From Macrostomum lignano (taxonomy: Eukaryota): 64,000 bases of DNA. Location: NCBI GenBank assembly GCA_002269645.1, contig NIVC01000016.1, positions 682,001 to 746,000 of the forward strand, written 5' to 3'. Below, piece by piece: positions 45,745 through 58,403 of the stretch (the stretch's first letter is position 1; every line of letters begins with the position of its first letter). Made by a program: the position numbers and the translations under genes. The notes below the pieces were generated by a model that made no database searches, was not told the DNA's origin, and saw only the letters and a list, made by a program, of their open reading frames with translations.

Positions 45745-48700
45745 TTTGTGCTCACACTAATAGCTCAGTCAGCGATGTGCTCACATTACTAACTTACAGT
45801 CAATGATGTGCTCACACTAATAGCTTACAGTGAGTGATGTGCTCACACTAATAGCTTACAGTGAGTGATGTGCTCACACTAATAGCTTACAGTGAGTGAT
45901 GTGCTCACACTAATAGCTTACAGTGAGTGATGTGCTCACACTAATAGCTTACAGTGAGTGATGTGCTCACACTAATAGCTTACAGTCAATGATGTGATCA
46001 CACTAATAGCTTACAGTCAATGATGTGCTCACACTAATAGCTTACAGTCAGTGATGTGCTCACACTAATAGCTTACAGTGAGTGATGTGCTCACACTAAT
46101 AGCTTACAGTGAGTGATGTGCTCACACTAATAGCTTACAGTGAGTGAAGTGCTCACACTAATAGCTTACAGTCAGTGATGTGCTCACACTAATAGCTTAC
46201 AGTGAGTGATTTGCTCACACTAATAGCTTACAGTGAGTGATGTGCTCACACTAATAGCTTACAGTGAGTGATGTGCTCACACTAATAGCTTACAGTGAGT
46301 GATGTGCTCACACTAATAGCTTACAGTCAATGATGTGATCACACTAATAGCTTACAGTCAATGATGTGCTCACACTAATAGCTTACAGTGAGTGATGTGC
46401 TCACACTAATAGCTTACAGTCAATGATGTGCTCACACTAATAGCTTACAGTGAGTGATGTGCTCACACTAATAGCTTACAGTCAATGATGTGCTCACACT
46501 AATAGCTTACAGTCAATGATGTGATCACACTAATAGCTTACAGTGAGTGATGTGCTCACACTAATAGCTTACAGTGAGTGATGTGCTCACACTAATAGCT
46601 TACAGTGAGTGATGTGCTCACACTAATAGCTTACAGTGAGTGATGTGCTCACACTAATAGCTTACAGTCAATGATGTGATCACACTAATAGCTTACAGTC
46701 AATGATGTGATCACACTAATAGCTTACAGTCAATGATGTGCTCACACTAATAGCTTACAGTGAGTGATGTGCTCACACTAATAGCTTACAGTGAGTGATG
46801 TGCTCACACTAATAGCTTACAGTGAGTGATGTGCTCACACTAATAGCTTACAGTCAATGATGTGATCACACTAATAGCTTACAGTCAATGATGTGATCAC
46901 ACTAATAGCTTACAGTCAATGATGTGCTCACACTAATAGCTTACAGTCAGTGATGTGCTCACACTAATAGCTTACAGTGAGTGATGTGCTCACACTAATA
47001 GCTTACAGTGAGTGATGTGCTCACACTAATAGCTTACAGTGAGTGAAGTGCTCACACTAATAGCTTACAGTCAGTGATGTGCTCACACTAATAGCTTACA
47101 GTGAGTGATGTGCTCACACTAATAGCTTACAGTGAGTGATGTGCTCACACTAATAGCTTACAGTGAGTGATGTGCTCACACTAATAGCTTACAGTGAGTG
47201 ATGTGCTCACACTAATAGCTTACAGTCAATGATGTGATCACACTAATAGCTTACAGTCAATGATGTGCTCACACTAATAGCTTACAGTGAGTGATGTGCT
47301 CACACTAATAGCTTACAGTGAGTGATGTGCTCACACTAATAGCTTACAGTGAGTGATGTGCTCACACTAATAGCTTACAGTCAATGATGTGCTCACACTA
47401 ATAGCTTACAGTCAATGATGTGATCACACTAATAGCTTACAGTGAGTGATGTGCTCACACTAATAGCTTACAGTGAGTGATGTGCTCACACTAATAGCTT
47501 ACAGTGAGTGATGTGCTCACACTAATAGCTTACAGTCAATGATGTGATCACACTAATAGCTTACAGTCAATGATGTGCTCACACTAATAGCTTACAGTGA
47601 GTGATGTGCTCACACTAATAGCTTACAGTGAGTGATGTGCTCACACTAATAGCTTACAGTGAGTGATGTGCTCACACTAATAGCTTACAGTCAGTGATGT
47701 GCTCACACTAATAGCTTACAGTGAGTGATGTGCTCACACTAATAGCTTACAGTCAGTGATGTGCTCACACTAATAGCTTACAGTGAGTGATGTGCTCACA
47801 CTAATAGCTTACAGTGAGTGATGTGCTCACACTAATAGCTTACAGTGAGTGATGTGCTCACACTAATAGCTTACAGTGAGTGATGTGCTCACACTAATAG
47901 CTTACAGTGAGTGATGTGCTCACGCTAATAGCTTACAGTGAGTGATGTGCTCACACTAATAGCTTACAGTCAATGATGTGATCACACTAATAGCTTACAG
48001 TCAATGATGTGCTCACACTAATAGCTTACAGTCAGTGATGTGCTCACACTAATAGCTTACAGTCAGTGATGTGCTCACACTAATAGCTTACAGTGAGTGA
48101 TGTGCTCACACTAATAGCTTACAGTGAGTGATGTGCTCACACTAATAGCTTACAGTCAATGATGTGCTCACACTAATAGCTTACAGTCAGTGATGTGCTC
48201 ACACTAATAGCTTACAGTGAGTGATGTGCTCACACTAATAGCTTACAGTCAATGATGTGATCACACTAATAGCTTACAGTGAGTGATGTGCTCACACTAA
48301 TAGCTTACAGTGAGTGATGTGCTCACACTAATAGCTTACAGTCAATGATGTGATCACACTAATAGCTTACAGTCAATGATGTGCTCACACTAATAGCTTA
48401 CAGTCAGTGATGTGCTCACACTAATAGCTTACAGTCAGTGATGTGCTCACACTAATAGCTTACAGTCAGTGATGTGCTCACACTAATAGCTTACAGTCAG
48501 TGATGTGCTCACACTAATAGCTTACAGTGAGTGATGTGCTCACACTAATAGCTTACAGTGAGTGATGTGCTCACACTAATAGCTTACAGTGTCAGTGATG
48601 TGCTCACACTAATAGCTCACAGTCAGTGATGTGCTCACACTAATAGCTTACAGTGTCAGTGATGTGCTCACACTAATAGTTTACAGTCAGTGATGTGCTC

Positions 48701-48830
48701 ACACTAATAGCTCACAGTGTCAGTGATGTGCTCACACTAATAGCTTACAGTGTCAGTGATGTGCTCACACTAATAGCTCACAGTGTCAGTGATGTGCTCA
48801 CACTAATAGCTCACAGTGTCAGTGATGTGC
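45745..48830. repeat. ~3.1-kb array of a 31-bp unit (TGATGTGCTCACACTAATAGCTTACAGT[GAG/CAA/CAG])
   Basis: About 100 highly homogeneous units. Confidence 0.97.
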
Positions 48831-49095
48831 AGGGCATGCCCAATTCACTGATTAAAATGAAAGACAACCAGGACTCACGTTAGCTACATAAATGTACAAC
48901 ACAGAGCATACGAAAGAGCAAAAGCATATTAAAATTTGTATATTTGTGTTATTTTGGCAAATTTTAAAAACATCAACACATTAAAATTCTACAGAAATTT
49001 TCAGAAAGCATAGGCTAAGAGACTTAACAGTAATTGAGATTTGAAGATTCAGTTCCAGATAGACATGGGTCATGGATTGCAGATCTAATGCCGAA

Positions 49096-52000
49096 TTAGA
49101 AATTAACAGTGCTGGCCTCCAAACCAACGGCGAAGCCTTCGCCCATGGTGACTGGCAGCCAGGCCAGCCGGTAGTACCAGTTGCTCACCGCCAGCAGCTG
49201 GCCCGGCCGCAGCACCGCCTGCAGGGGGGCGCACCGGCCGCTGCAGGCCTCGCGCGGCGTCAGCTCGATCCGAATCGTGCCTTTCACCTGGGTCAGAGAG
49301 TGGTCAGCTGGATCAGAGTGGCAACTGGGTCAGATAGCGGTCACCTGGGTCAGAGTGCTCAACAAGGTTAGGCAACTGGTCACCCGGGTCAGAGTGGTCA
49401 CCTGGGTCAGAGTGCTCAACAAGGTTAGGCAACTGGTCACCTGGGTCAGAGTGGTCACCTAGGTCAGAGAGTGGTCACCTGGGATAGAGTGGTCACCTGG
49501 GTCAGAGAGTGGTCATCTGGGTCAGAGAGTGGTCACCTGGGATAGAGAGTAGTCACCTGGGTCAGAGAGTGGTCACCTGGATCAGAGTGATCAACTGGGT
49601 CAGATAGCGGTCACCTGGGTCAGAGAGTGGTCACCTGGGTCAGAGTGGTCAACAGGGTTAGGCAAGTGGTCACCTGGGTCAGAGAGAGGTCTACTGGGTC
49701 AGAGAGTAGTCAAATGGGTCAGAAAGTGGTCACCTGGGTCAGAGAGTGGTCACCTGGGTCAGAGAGTGGTCACCTGGGTCAGAGAGTGGTCACCTGGGTC
49801 AGAAAGTGTTCACCTGGGTCAGAGAGTGGTCACCTGGGTCAGAAAGTGTTCACCTGGGTCAGAGAGTGGTCACCTGGGTCAGAGAGTGGTCAACTGGGTC
49901 AGAGAGTGGTCAACTGGGTCAGAGAGTGGTCAACTGGGTTAGAGAGAGGTCAAATGGGTCAGAGAGTCGTCAAATGGGTCAGAGAGTCGTCAAATGGGTC
50001 AGAGAGTGGTCAAATGGGTCAGAGTGGTCACCTGGGTCAGAGTGGTCACTTGGTTCAGATAGTGGTCAACAGGGTTAGACAATTGGTCGACTGAGTCAGA
50101 AAATTGGTCAACTGAGTCAGACAATTAGTCAAATGAGTCAGACAAATGGTCAAATGAGTCAGATAACTGGTTAAATTAGTCAGATTATTAGTCAAATGAA
50201 TCAGACAAATGGTCAAATGAGTTGGATAACTGGTTAAATGAGTCAGATTATTAGTCAAATGAGTCAGATAACTGGTCAAATGAGTCAGACTATTGGTCGA
50301 ATGAGTCAGACTGTTGGCCTAATGAGTCAGACAATTGGTCAAATGAGTCAGACAAATGGTCAAATGAGTCAGAAAATTGGCCAAATGAGTCAAATAACTG
50401 GTTAAATGAGTCAGATTATTAGTCAAATGAGTCAGACAACTGGTCAAATGAGTCAGACTATTGGTCGAATGAGTCATACAACTGGTCGAATGAGTCAGAC
50501 TATTGGTCAAATGAGTCAGACAACTGGTCGAATGAGTCATACAACTGGTCGAATGAGTGATACAACTGGTAAAATGAGTCAGACAATTGACCAAATGAGT
50601 CAGACCTGATGCAGCAGCAGCAGAGTGTGCTCAGGCCTGGTCGGCAGTGTCATGAACTCGTGTCCGGGATGTGACTGCCACATCAGCAAGTGGCTGTGTC
50701 CGAATGAGACGGACAGGGGGAGGCATTCCGGCCGGCCGAGATACAGGCGGAATTTGCGCACGACCTCCGGATGGCAGTTGCGCCAGGAGGCCGCCCAGCC
50801 GGTGCCGGGGCCGCTGCCCAGACCTTCAGTGGCGGCCGCCCGGAGCAGTCGAGTCGGCGAGTTGAGCGACGGCCGCGACCTAGCCAGGCTGTGCCGCATG
50901 TCGCAGACGCCTTCAACCGCGGCCGAAACCAATAAAGCCGCCGACGCGGCTTCTTTAGCTGACTGCGGGGCGACGTCCGACAGCTGAGGCTCCAGTGGAG
51001 GCAGCTGGGAGTAGAACGTGTGCAGCTGCGCCACCTGGGCGATGGACGGCCCCGCTGAGAACAGCGGAGTCGAACCCGCGGCCTGCCGTTTGGGTGGGGA
51101 AGGTTGTTGGCTAAACCCGCGATTGATGATGGAGCTTTAGAGATTTTCCTATTGGGTTTAGGGAGGGCGATTTTTCTATTAAGTCTGGGGAGGGGCGATT
51201 TTTCTATAGGGTTTGGGGGGCGATTTTTCTATTATGTGGGGAAGGGCGACTTTTCTATTGGGTTCGAGGAGGGGCGATAATTCTATTGTGTTTGGGGAGG
51301 GCGATTTTCTTTTAGGTTCGGGAGGGCAATTTTTCGATTGGGTTTGGGGAGGGCGATTTTCTTCTGGGTTCGGGAGGGCGATTTTTCTATAGGGTTTGGG
51401 GAGGGCGATTTTTCTATTAAGTCTGGGGAGGGGCGATTTTTCTATTGGGTTTAGGGAGGGCGATTGTCCTATTGGGTTTAAAGGGGCGATTTTTCTGTTG
51501 GGTTTGAGGAGGGCGATTTTTCTATTAAGTCTGGGGAGGGGCGATTTTTCTATTGAGTTTGGCAATGGGCGATTTTTCTATTGGGTTTGGGGAGGGCGAT
51601 TATTCTATTGGTTGAGGCAGGGCGATTATTTCATGGGTATCGAATTCACAAGCGCACCTCCGGGTCGATAATTGCAGGCTGCTGAGTGTTAATCAGATCG
51701 CGAACAAAGTCGGCAGGTCGGAACGGGCCCTCCCGGATGCGGATGACGCGGTCCAGCGAGGCGCAGTTGCGACAGTCGTCGGGCGATTTCAGCACAAACG
51801 GCGGAGTGTGCATCGGGTTGCCGATGAGGCAGAGCTCGTCTGGCAGGCCGAGCCACTCGGCAATGGGCAGAATGGTGGCTGCCGTTGCTACGCGGAGATG
51901 CTTCATCACCGATAGACTGGCCTGCATGCGAGAATTCAAGAGTCGGCGATTCCCTGATTATTTACTACTCTTATACTGCTAGTAGTATGGGCTTGATATG

Positions 52001-52630
52001 TGAATAAAAATTGTATTAAAATATAAAATACGGGTGAATTGTACAGCTTGTACATGCTGAGACTGTGGGGGGTCCATGAGAAATGCCCGCAGACGAATTA
52101 CTCGCCCATGTTTGCCCATAATGCTTAATTAAGTCTTAAAATAGAGATTTACCCGTCCAAAACGTCTCGATAGTAACTGCATATCAAATGCAAGTGCAAG
52201 TGGCGCAACTATAAAGAATCTGGGTCCGCAGAGTTGTATCTAGGGCGCATTCTAATTAGTAAATTAGAATCCAAATGCATTTCGCATTTAAAACAAACTA
52301 TTTAGTCTACTTGAGTTAGTAGAAAGTTAAGCACTAGCATGAACTCTTGGAAAACTTTTTCACGACTCTTTCTGTGAGTTGCAAGAATTACAAAATTTAA
52401 CTTACCTGCTCATTCATATAAATCAAAATGCTTGGCACTACAATGAGCAGCACAGTTAAAACAGCAGGTCTGAGATGATACTTCATCTTCCAAGATGTGC
52501 ACACTTTTGACAGCTTTTTAGACACTGCTGAAGGTGGACATGCTTGTTGTTCAATCATTAGCTGCCTTTTGAATTCTTGTAGTAGTTGCTCTGTGTTAAC
52601 CAGATCAATTGATTCACCAGGTGTTGACAT
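49096..52630 (-). CDS. C6orf89: C6orf89/BRAP-like type II membrane protein (~385 aa)
   Basis: Exons (minus): 52630-52406, 51921-51658, 51082-50606 and 49287-49096, all phase 0 GT-AG. An N-terminal TM segment, LPIA, PDDCRNC and C-terminal ELTPREACSGRC...LRPGQLLAV resemble the recalled C6orf89 pattern (PANCTGC; LIPPFQCRRHC...IEPGDI). Confidence 0.65.
49285..50605. repeat. Two related abutting minisatellites (20-bp GGTCACCTGGGTCAGAGAGT; ~21-bp TGGTCAAATGAGTCAGACAA) filling intron 3 of the C6orf89-like gene
   Basis: The first array spans ~49285-50075 and the second ~50076-50605; both touch the splice sites. Confidence 0.95.
51135..51630. repeat. ~26-bp degenerate minisatellite (GGGAGGGCGATTTTTCTATTGGGTTT) in intron 2
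   Basis: Tandem units visible. Confidence 0.9.
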
Positions 52631-55052
52631 AATGTAAGTTGTTCAAGTTGTCTGCAACAATTAATTGTCCATGCATAAAATATTTATGTGCTAAACATTA
52701 TTAACTTCTTTGGATTGGAAGTACACTCAATAATATATTTTTTCATCACAAAACCAGCTCAACAGGACTGAGGACTGAGTTGCAGCTTTTATTTAATTCT
52801 ATAGTCATAACTCTCCACTCTCCTTATCAACCCAAGCCAGGGCTTTGTGACAAAAATCGCATCACCTATAGCTTAGATAAGAATGGTGCACATGGTATGA
52901 ATTATATCACTTAATGCTAAGATATAAAGAAAAGTTATTCACTGATTTTAGGATATAAACATGTTACTAAGTATATAATACTATTTATTTTGGAAGCTTT
53001 GACAGGACCAATACCAATTGAATATAGCTATATCAAAACTCCTATTAGGCATAAATCTATATCAAAGTTCTTTGATAAGCAAATAATTTCATACATAATC
53101 TTAAAGTTTCTAAGTAATTAACCCAAGCTACTATTGAAAGCCCGTATTTTAGCAAAGGATCAAATTGAAGTTTTAAAATATTTAATATTTTCAAAACTTT
53201 TAATATTTTTATATAGCTAACTAAATATAATAAAAATGAGTTGTCTGTATCTATCTATCTTAGCTAACTAAATATAGCTAACTTTTTATTTGCCATAGAC
53301 ATATAGACCTTAGTGTACTTGGAAAATTATTTTTTACAAAATCTACAAAATACCCTTTGGTTATAGGTTTAAAAGCAAGATTTTGCTATAGTGTCCTATT
53401 CTATGACAAAATGTAAACTAAAAAGCTGCTAGCCTGACTTGGTCTTATGGAAACTAGACAAGTCTAGTTAAAGACTATTTAAATAAAGTAGGAGAAAAGC
53501 TTAGGGCCTATTAGAATATATTAAATAAAAATTATTTAGGCCTATTAACTATCATCTATCTGTTTAGGCCTATTTCAATAGCTATTTGTTGTTTCAATAA
53601 AACTTATTATCAATGGATACTAGTAATTAATTTTAGGCCATTTTGGCGAATTGCCAAAAATATAGATTTTTAAGGATGCAAATATTATTTGATTGCCTTT
53701 AAAATGACTAGGCTAGGCTCCACTATACTTTAAATAAGAAACTCTTTGTATCATTTTTTACAATAAAAATTAGCCTAGAATTAAATTGTTATAAATTATT
53801 ATACGGCCTATGAAACTTAGTTTTGGCATGATTATATCCAAGATATAGCCTTGCTTATACTCTTTACTTGGAATAAACAAATATTAGTAGCTTGTTCAAA
53901 TTCAAATACTAATGATTAATGTCAATTTAAATTTGCAAGACATGATATCCCTGTGATCTATATTTAGTTGATTATTTCTTTAAAAATACAAATATAAATT
54001 ATTTGTCAAATGGAATATTAAAAACATTTTTTTAGTTGGCATTCAAATTTTATTTGATACTAGTCATATTGAAATTAATTATTGTCAATGATTTTACCCC
54101 TAATCTATTTCAGGCTAAGCTTTAAATTGAAAGTAATACAAAAGTATGAGTCATCAGTCAACCCTAGACGACCGGATTATAAGAACATGCATGGCAGAAA
54201 AAAAGTGTTCTATGTTTTATATATTCAAATACTTTTACGACCATACACAATATTTTTTTAATGAAAATATCTTTATTTTTATAGGTTCTGATAATGCATT
54301 CTGTTGTTGTTTTACTTCGCATTTAAATAATGATCTAACCAAAATAAGTAAACGGCTTGCCAGGTATAATTTTCTTTGCGGCAAATGTGGACTACAGTGA
54401 GGGCTCCCACGGCGCTTCTTCTTCAAAGTTTCTACTACATCTGTACGAACAGAACCATTTGTTCTTTTAACTTTCTTGTAGTGTGTTTATATTCAGTCTC
54501 AGTCTAAAGTTTTTTTCTTTTCGCACTGAATTTAATTTTTAACATTCACAATGCACAAAGCAAATGTAGATGCCAAGGGCAAGGCTATTCATTCATTCAG
54601 TCCATTCAGGGGCTGTTAAAAAATTGTAGCTATATTTAGCTATATTTAGTTTTTAGCTATATTGCCTCTAAGTCAAATCAAAATTGAAACACTCTTAATT
54701 CTTTAATAGTGATAATCAATTTTGGTTAATAGTTTGCTCTTTTGGAACTTTTAAATGCCAGTTTTTTCTTTTGGTAATCCTGCTTTATATTCTAGATTTT
54801 CAACTTCCATCCTATTCAATAGCTAGGCCTAGTACTATTCATATATTTCTAATGTCTCCTTATTTTATTTGCATGTATTTGCTTACTATAAAATAAATTG
54901 CTCTCTCTAGACTAGTAGTCCAATGAGTCTATACCTATGCTACCAAGTACCTTAGGCCTAACTTTAATTAAATTGAATTGTTATGCTATGGAACCTTGAA
55001 TAGCTACTAGGTATAGCTAGTTTTGAAATATAATTTGAACATTGAAGACTTG

Positions 55053-55650
55053 GAATCTGGTCCATTTCAGCAACAAACCATTTCGGCGACACCCATTTCG
55101 GTGACAGGTCAATTTGGCAAGAACCATTTCGGCAACAGTTTTTAAATAGGATTTTGAATGTATTCTTATCTCATAGCTACAAAAGATTTCAGAACTTACA
55201 CAAATTTACAACCTTTGGTTTGATTAAGTGTTGTTAAAATGAATTATAGTGTAAAACAATTTACATTAAACTTTATAAGCTTTGTTAAAACTATGTTAAA
55301 ACAATTTTAATGTAAAACTTTAAACGAATGAATTACAATTAGAAATTAATGTTCTTAAGAAACAAGAAAATTCAAATTCCAATTCAAAATTACAATTTGT
55401 GTATGATGTTTACTCTTCCACGGGGGCATTCATGCCACTGCATGCAAGCAGCGCCTCAAGAGTTCTGGTGCCGGCTTTGTACTTTGCCCAATAGTTTCAA
55501 CAAAATGCCTGTTGGGGGGGGGTCATGTCAGCTGGGGGTAGTTTATTGTATTGTAGATACTTGTAATTTTTCTATCATATTTGTCAAGGAAATGGTCGTC
55601 GCCAAATTGACCTGTTGCCAAAATGGGTATTGCCGAAATGGACAGGTACC
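55053..55650. mobile_element. MITE with repetitive CCATTTCGGC subterminal inverted repeats
   Basis: The left block (55060-55140) is inverted relative to the right block (55585-55643); flanked by AAGACTTG on both sides (45-52 and 651-658 of 55 kb), a 7-8-bp TSD. Confidence 0.75.
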
Positions 55651-56211
55651 AAGACTTGAAGTAGCTAAGCAACAGGCCTACTAGACTATAATAAGCAGTA
55701 AGGGTGGGCCTAATACTAATTGGTACTGGTATCCTTTTTTAATTGAACTATCACCTATGCCTATGCTATGGGTATGGCTATGTTTAGATAGCTATTATAT
55801 TAGCTATAGGCCTAGTTTATAGTAGAGCTACTATAGTTAGGCTATACAACATGTCAACAATGCTATAACAGTCAAAACTAGCTACCTTATGTATCTATAT
55901 TTTGATATGTTCTAGCTATTTTCTTTTTTACACAATGCTGAAGTCATTAAAATTGTAAACATGCAAAGGTAATGAAAATAGATACATGATTAAAATTCTA
56001 TTGAATATATTGTGTTCATATTAATAGTCTATAGAGTATAGACTATATAATCATTAGGTCCAGTATAGATATTTAAGGAAAAATTAATTAATTAATTGAC
56101 AAAAAATAGATAGCTATATAGCTCTAGTATCATAGTAGTATTGATCTACATTTTGTTTATTTGATTTCATTGGTATAGTAAAAAAGCTTAAATATTTATT
56201 CATCTTTTCAG

Positions 56212-57326
56212 GTATGGAAACTTCTCAACACGTTAATTCTCGCTCAAGATCATCCAACAAGCTTGACAAGTTTGCAACTCTAAGTTTTGACCATGTCATT
56301 CTATGGTTCCCAAAGACAAATTCCCATAGTGGACCTATTTATATAAATTCTAGTTTTCTTAGCCATTTCGACAAGGCTGAGAAAATGGAATTTAAGGAGC
56401 ATCAACAAATCAAGATTTGTGAAAAGAATGGATTCCATGATGCCATTATTGTAAAGCTCGGCACTTATGCAAAAAATTAAAATTGCTGAACGAACTATTG
56501 ACCGCCTTGCTGAAGAAGGTTATAGTACTGAGACAATTTTTGAGAGACTTGATAATGAAATGTCTGTTGATTTGGATGCACGAACACGAACCTCTGCTAC
56601 CTATTTGGGAGATAGTGATAGCAATGAAGGTGATGATGAAGAAAATGATGAGAACTATGTGCCACCTAATGACAGGTCTACAACTTTTAAGCCTCCTTTG
56701 ACAATTACTAGCCAGACTATGTCTTTGGAAAGGCAGAAGGAAGCAGATTTGTTCAAGTCTTATGGCAATGTGATTGTGGAGCCACCACTTAAGAAAGCTA
56801 AGAGTGCAAGTTGTGACCTTATTGCTAATGCTAAGAGTGGTGCCTGTGCACCTTTGTACTCATCTACACCACCTAGAAAACCACAGGATGTTGCCCTAGC
56901 TCAATATATGAGACCAAGTAGCTCTTTTGTGAATTTTACAGAGCCAGCTACTGCTGCAGCAAGCCCACTTGCTCAGGGTTCCAAACTTCAAGCACCTGAG
57001 CCTAAAGTGTTAGATTTGCTTTTGCTTGAGGCTCGAGTACAAACTGGATTGTTGAAAAAGATCATCCGGCTACAGGAAGAAGGAAATGAATTGCTCAGAC
57101 AAGGGTTTGGTTTCAATGATGAGGTTGTGAGCAAAGAAGATCAAGTTATTGCTGGTTGTGATGGCCGACCCTTTCGCCTGTCTCAGTTACCATTGCCACC
57201 TAACCTTTTTGCTCATGAGTTTGTACTCCGCAAATTTGGTGAACAGCTTTGTGAAACAACAATTATTGAGTCACATGGCAGAAGTGAAAGGATTGCTATG
57301 GATGTTGATTCAGTTCAAGCTCATTC
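56212..57326 (+). pseudogene. Transposon accessory ORF with an acidic region, a short coiled coil and a truncated BEN-like domain; one frameshift at an A-run (~56471)
   Basis: Acceptor TTTTCAG|56212; ORFs 56214-56480 and 56467 onward join if one A is removed. The C-terminal PPNLFAHEFVLRKFGEQL...HGRSERIAMDVDSV fits the BEN pattern FAxxL..F.....G..R..LD. Confidence 0.5.
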
Positions 57327-58300
57327 AGTCGGCCGCTGTTGTATGTACCTTCAGATTCAGGCGACGGTATGGGGGTCATCACACTGTCCCATTTCATTGC
57401 AGCTAGTCGTCTCAGCCAAGAACTGGAAGATATTGACGATGAGGCGGACTCCATTCAACCGCTTCCGAAATGGCTCAGAATGCTTAGAGCAGCTCTGGAT
57501 TGGTTTTGGAACCAATGGAAGACATCCTACTTGGAGTCTCTGCGCGAGAAAGCCCTAAAGGATCAACTTAACCACCGCCTACCAAATGTTGGTGAAGTAG
57601 TTCTTCTGGCAGGTGAAGCTCAACAACCAAGACTCAAGTGGAAATTGGGTATTGTCGAGGAAGTTCGTCCTGGCCGTGATGGTGCTATCCAGTCGGTTCT
57701 TTGCGTTGCGGGTGCTGGGAGTTCTTGGCGCTGGGAATGGGTGAGACAGCCAGTCCAGTCGTTAATTCCTTTAGAGGTTCAATCCTAAGACCGTTATTTT
57801 TTTGTCCTTTCCCACGACTCTCGAATTTGTTTGCTAACTTTTTTGACAGCCTCTTGCAAAATTTTGTAATGGGAAAAGGCTTGTTTTCTGTTTTTGAGAT
57901 AATTCTCTTGGTGGTGGACGATGTTACGCGTCATTATTCGTCATTTTTCCATTTACGTTGTAATATATTTTTTCCTCATCTATCATGCTCACATACACTT
58001 AAACTTGGCTCTAACAGTTTTCTGTTCTCTGCTGACTGTTTCACTTACAACAACAAACCAGTCCTTGTCTGTTAGGCTAAGATTTTTTTCCTTTTTCATT
58101 GTTTTTTTTTGCAACAAGTTCGAATGTAATGTAGTTTTGCTGCTCCGAATTTAAAAAATCAAATGATAAATCATTTGGGGGGAGTGTCGAAAAATGAGTT
58201 GGCCTAGGCTAGCCGCTTATTTCATCTAATTTATTTTCTCTTATTTTTCACTGTATGCACAATGTACGCACAATGTATATCTCCGCCAACACCCCAAAAT
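57327..58300 (+). mobile_element. 3' fragment of a BEL/Pao LTR retrotransposon (integrase C-terminus/DUF5641, 3' UTR, PPT, LTR start)
   Basis: SRPLLYVPSD...ITLSHFI, FWNQWKTSYLESLRE, VGEVVLL, PRLKWKLGIVEEVRPGRDG and RQPVQSLIPLE (stop 57788). GGGGGGAG PPT at 58177-58184 is followed by TGTCG; the right boundary is uncertain. Confidence 0.8.
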
Positions 58301-58403
58301 TCGTTAAGTTAGAAAATATAAAAGCTGGATTCTGGGCAGCGACCGCCCTAACTTCATTTTCTTTATCGCCAGTCAAAATCAATTATTGGTTTATTTTATT
58401 ACA

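Noticed and set aside
49627-50609. VTWVRE / LTHLT / MSQT repeat ORFs
   Set aside because: Intron 3 minisatellites of the C6orf89-like gene.
531-51630. Tandem arrays as CRISPR arrays
   Set aside because: No unique spacers, no cas genes, and a eukaryotic intron context.
54110-54480. Exon-like fragments with splice sites (LSFKLKVIQKYESSVNPRRPDY...; GSDNAFCCC...)
   Set aside because: Could be upstream exons of the transposon accessory gene, but no consistent frame or family could be established by eye.
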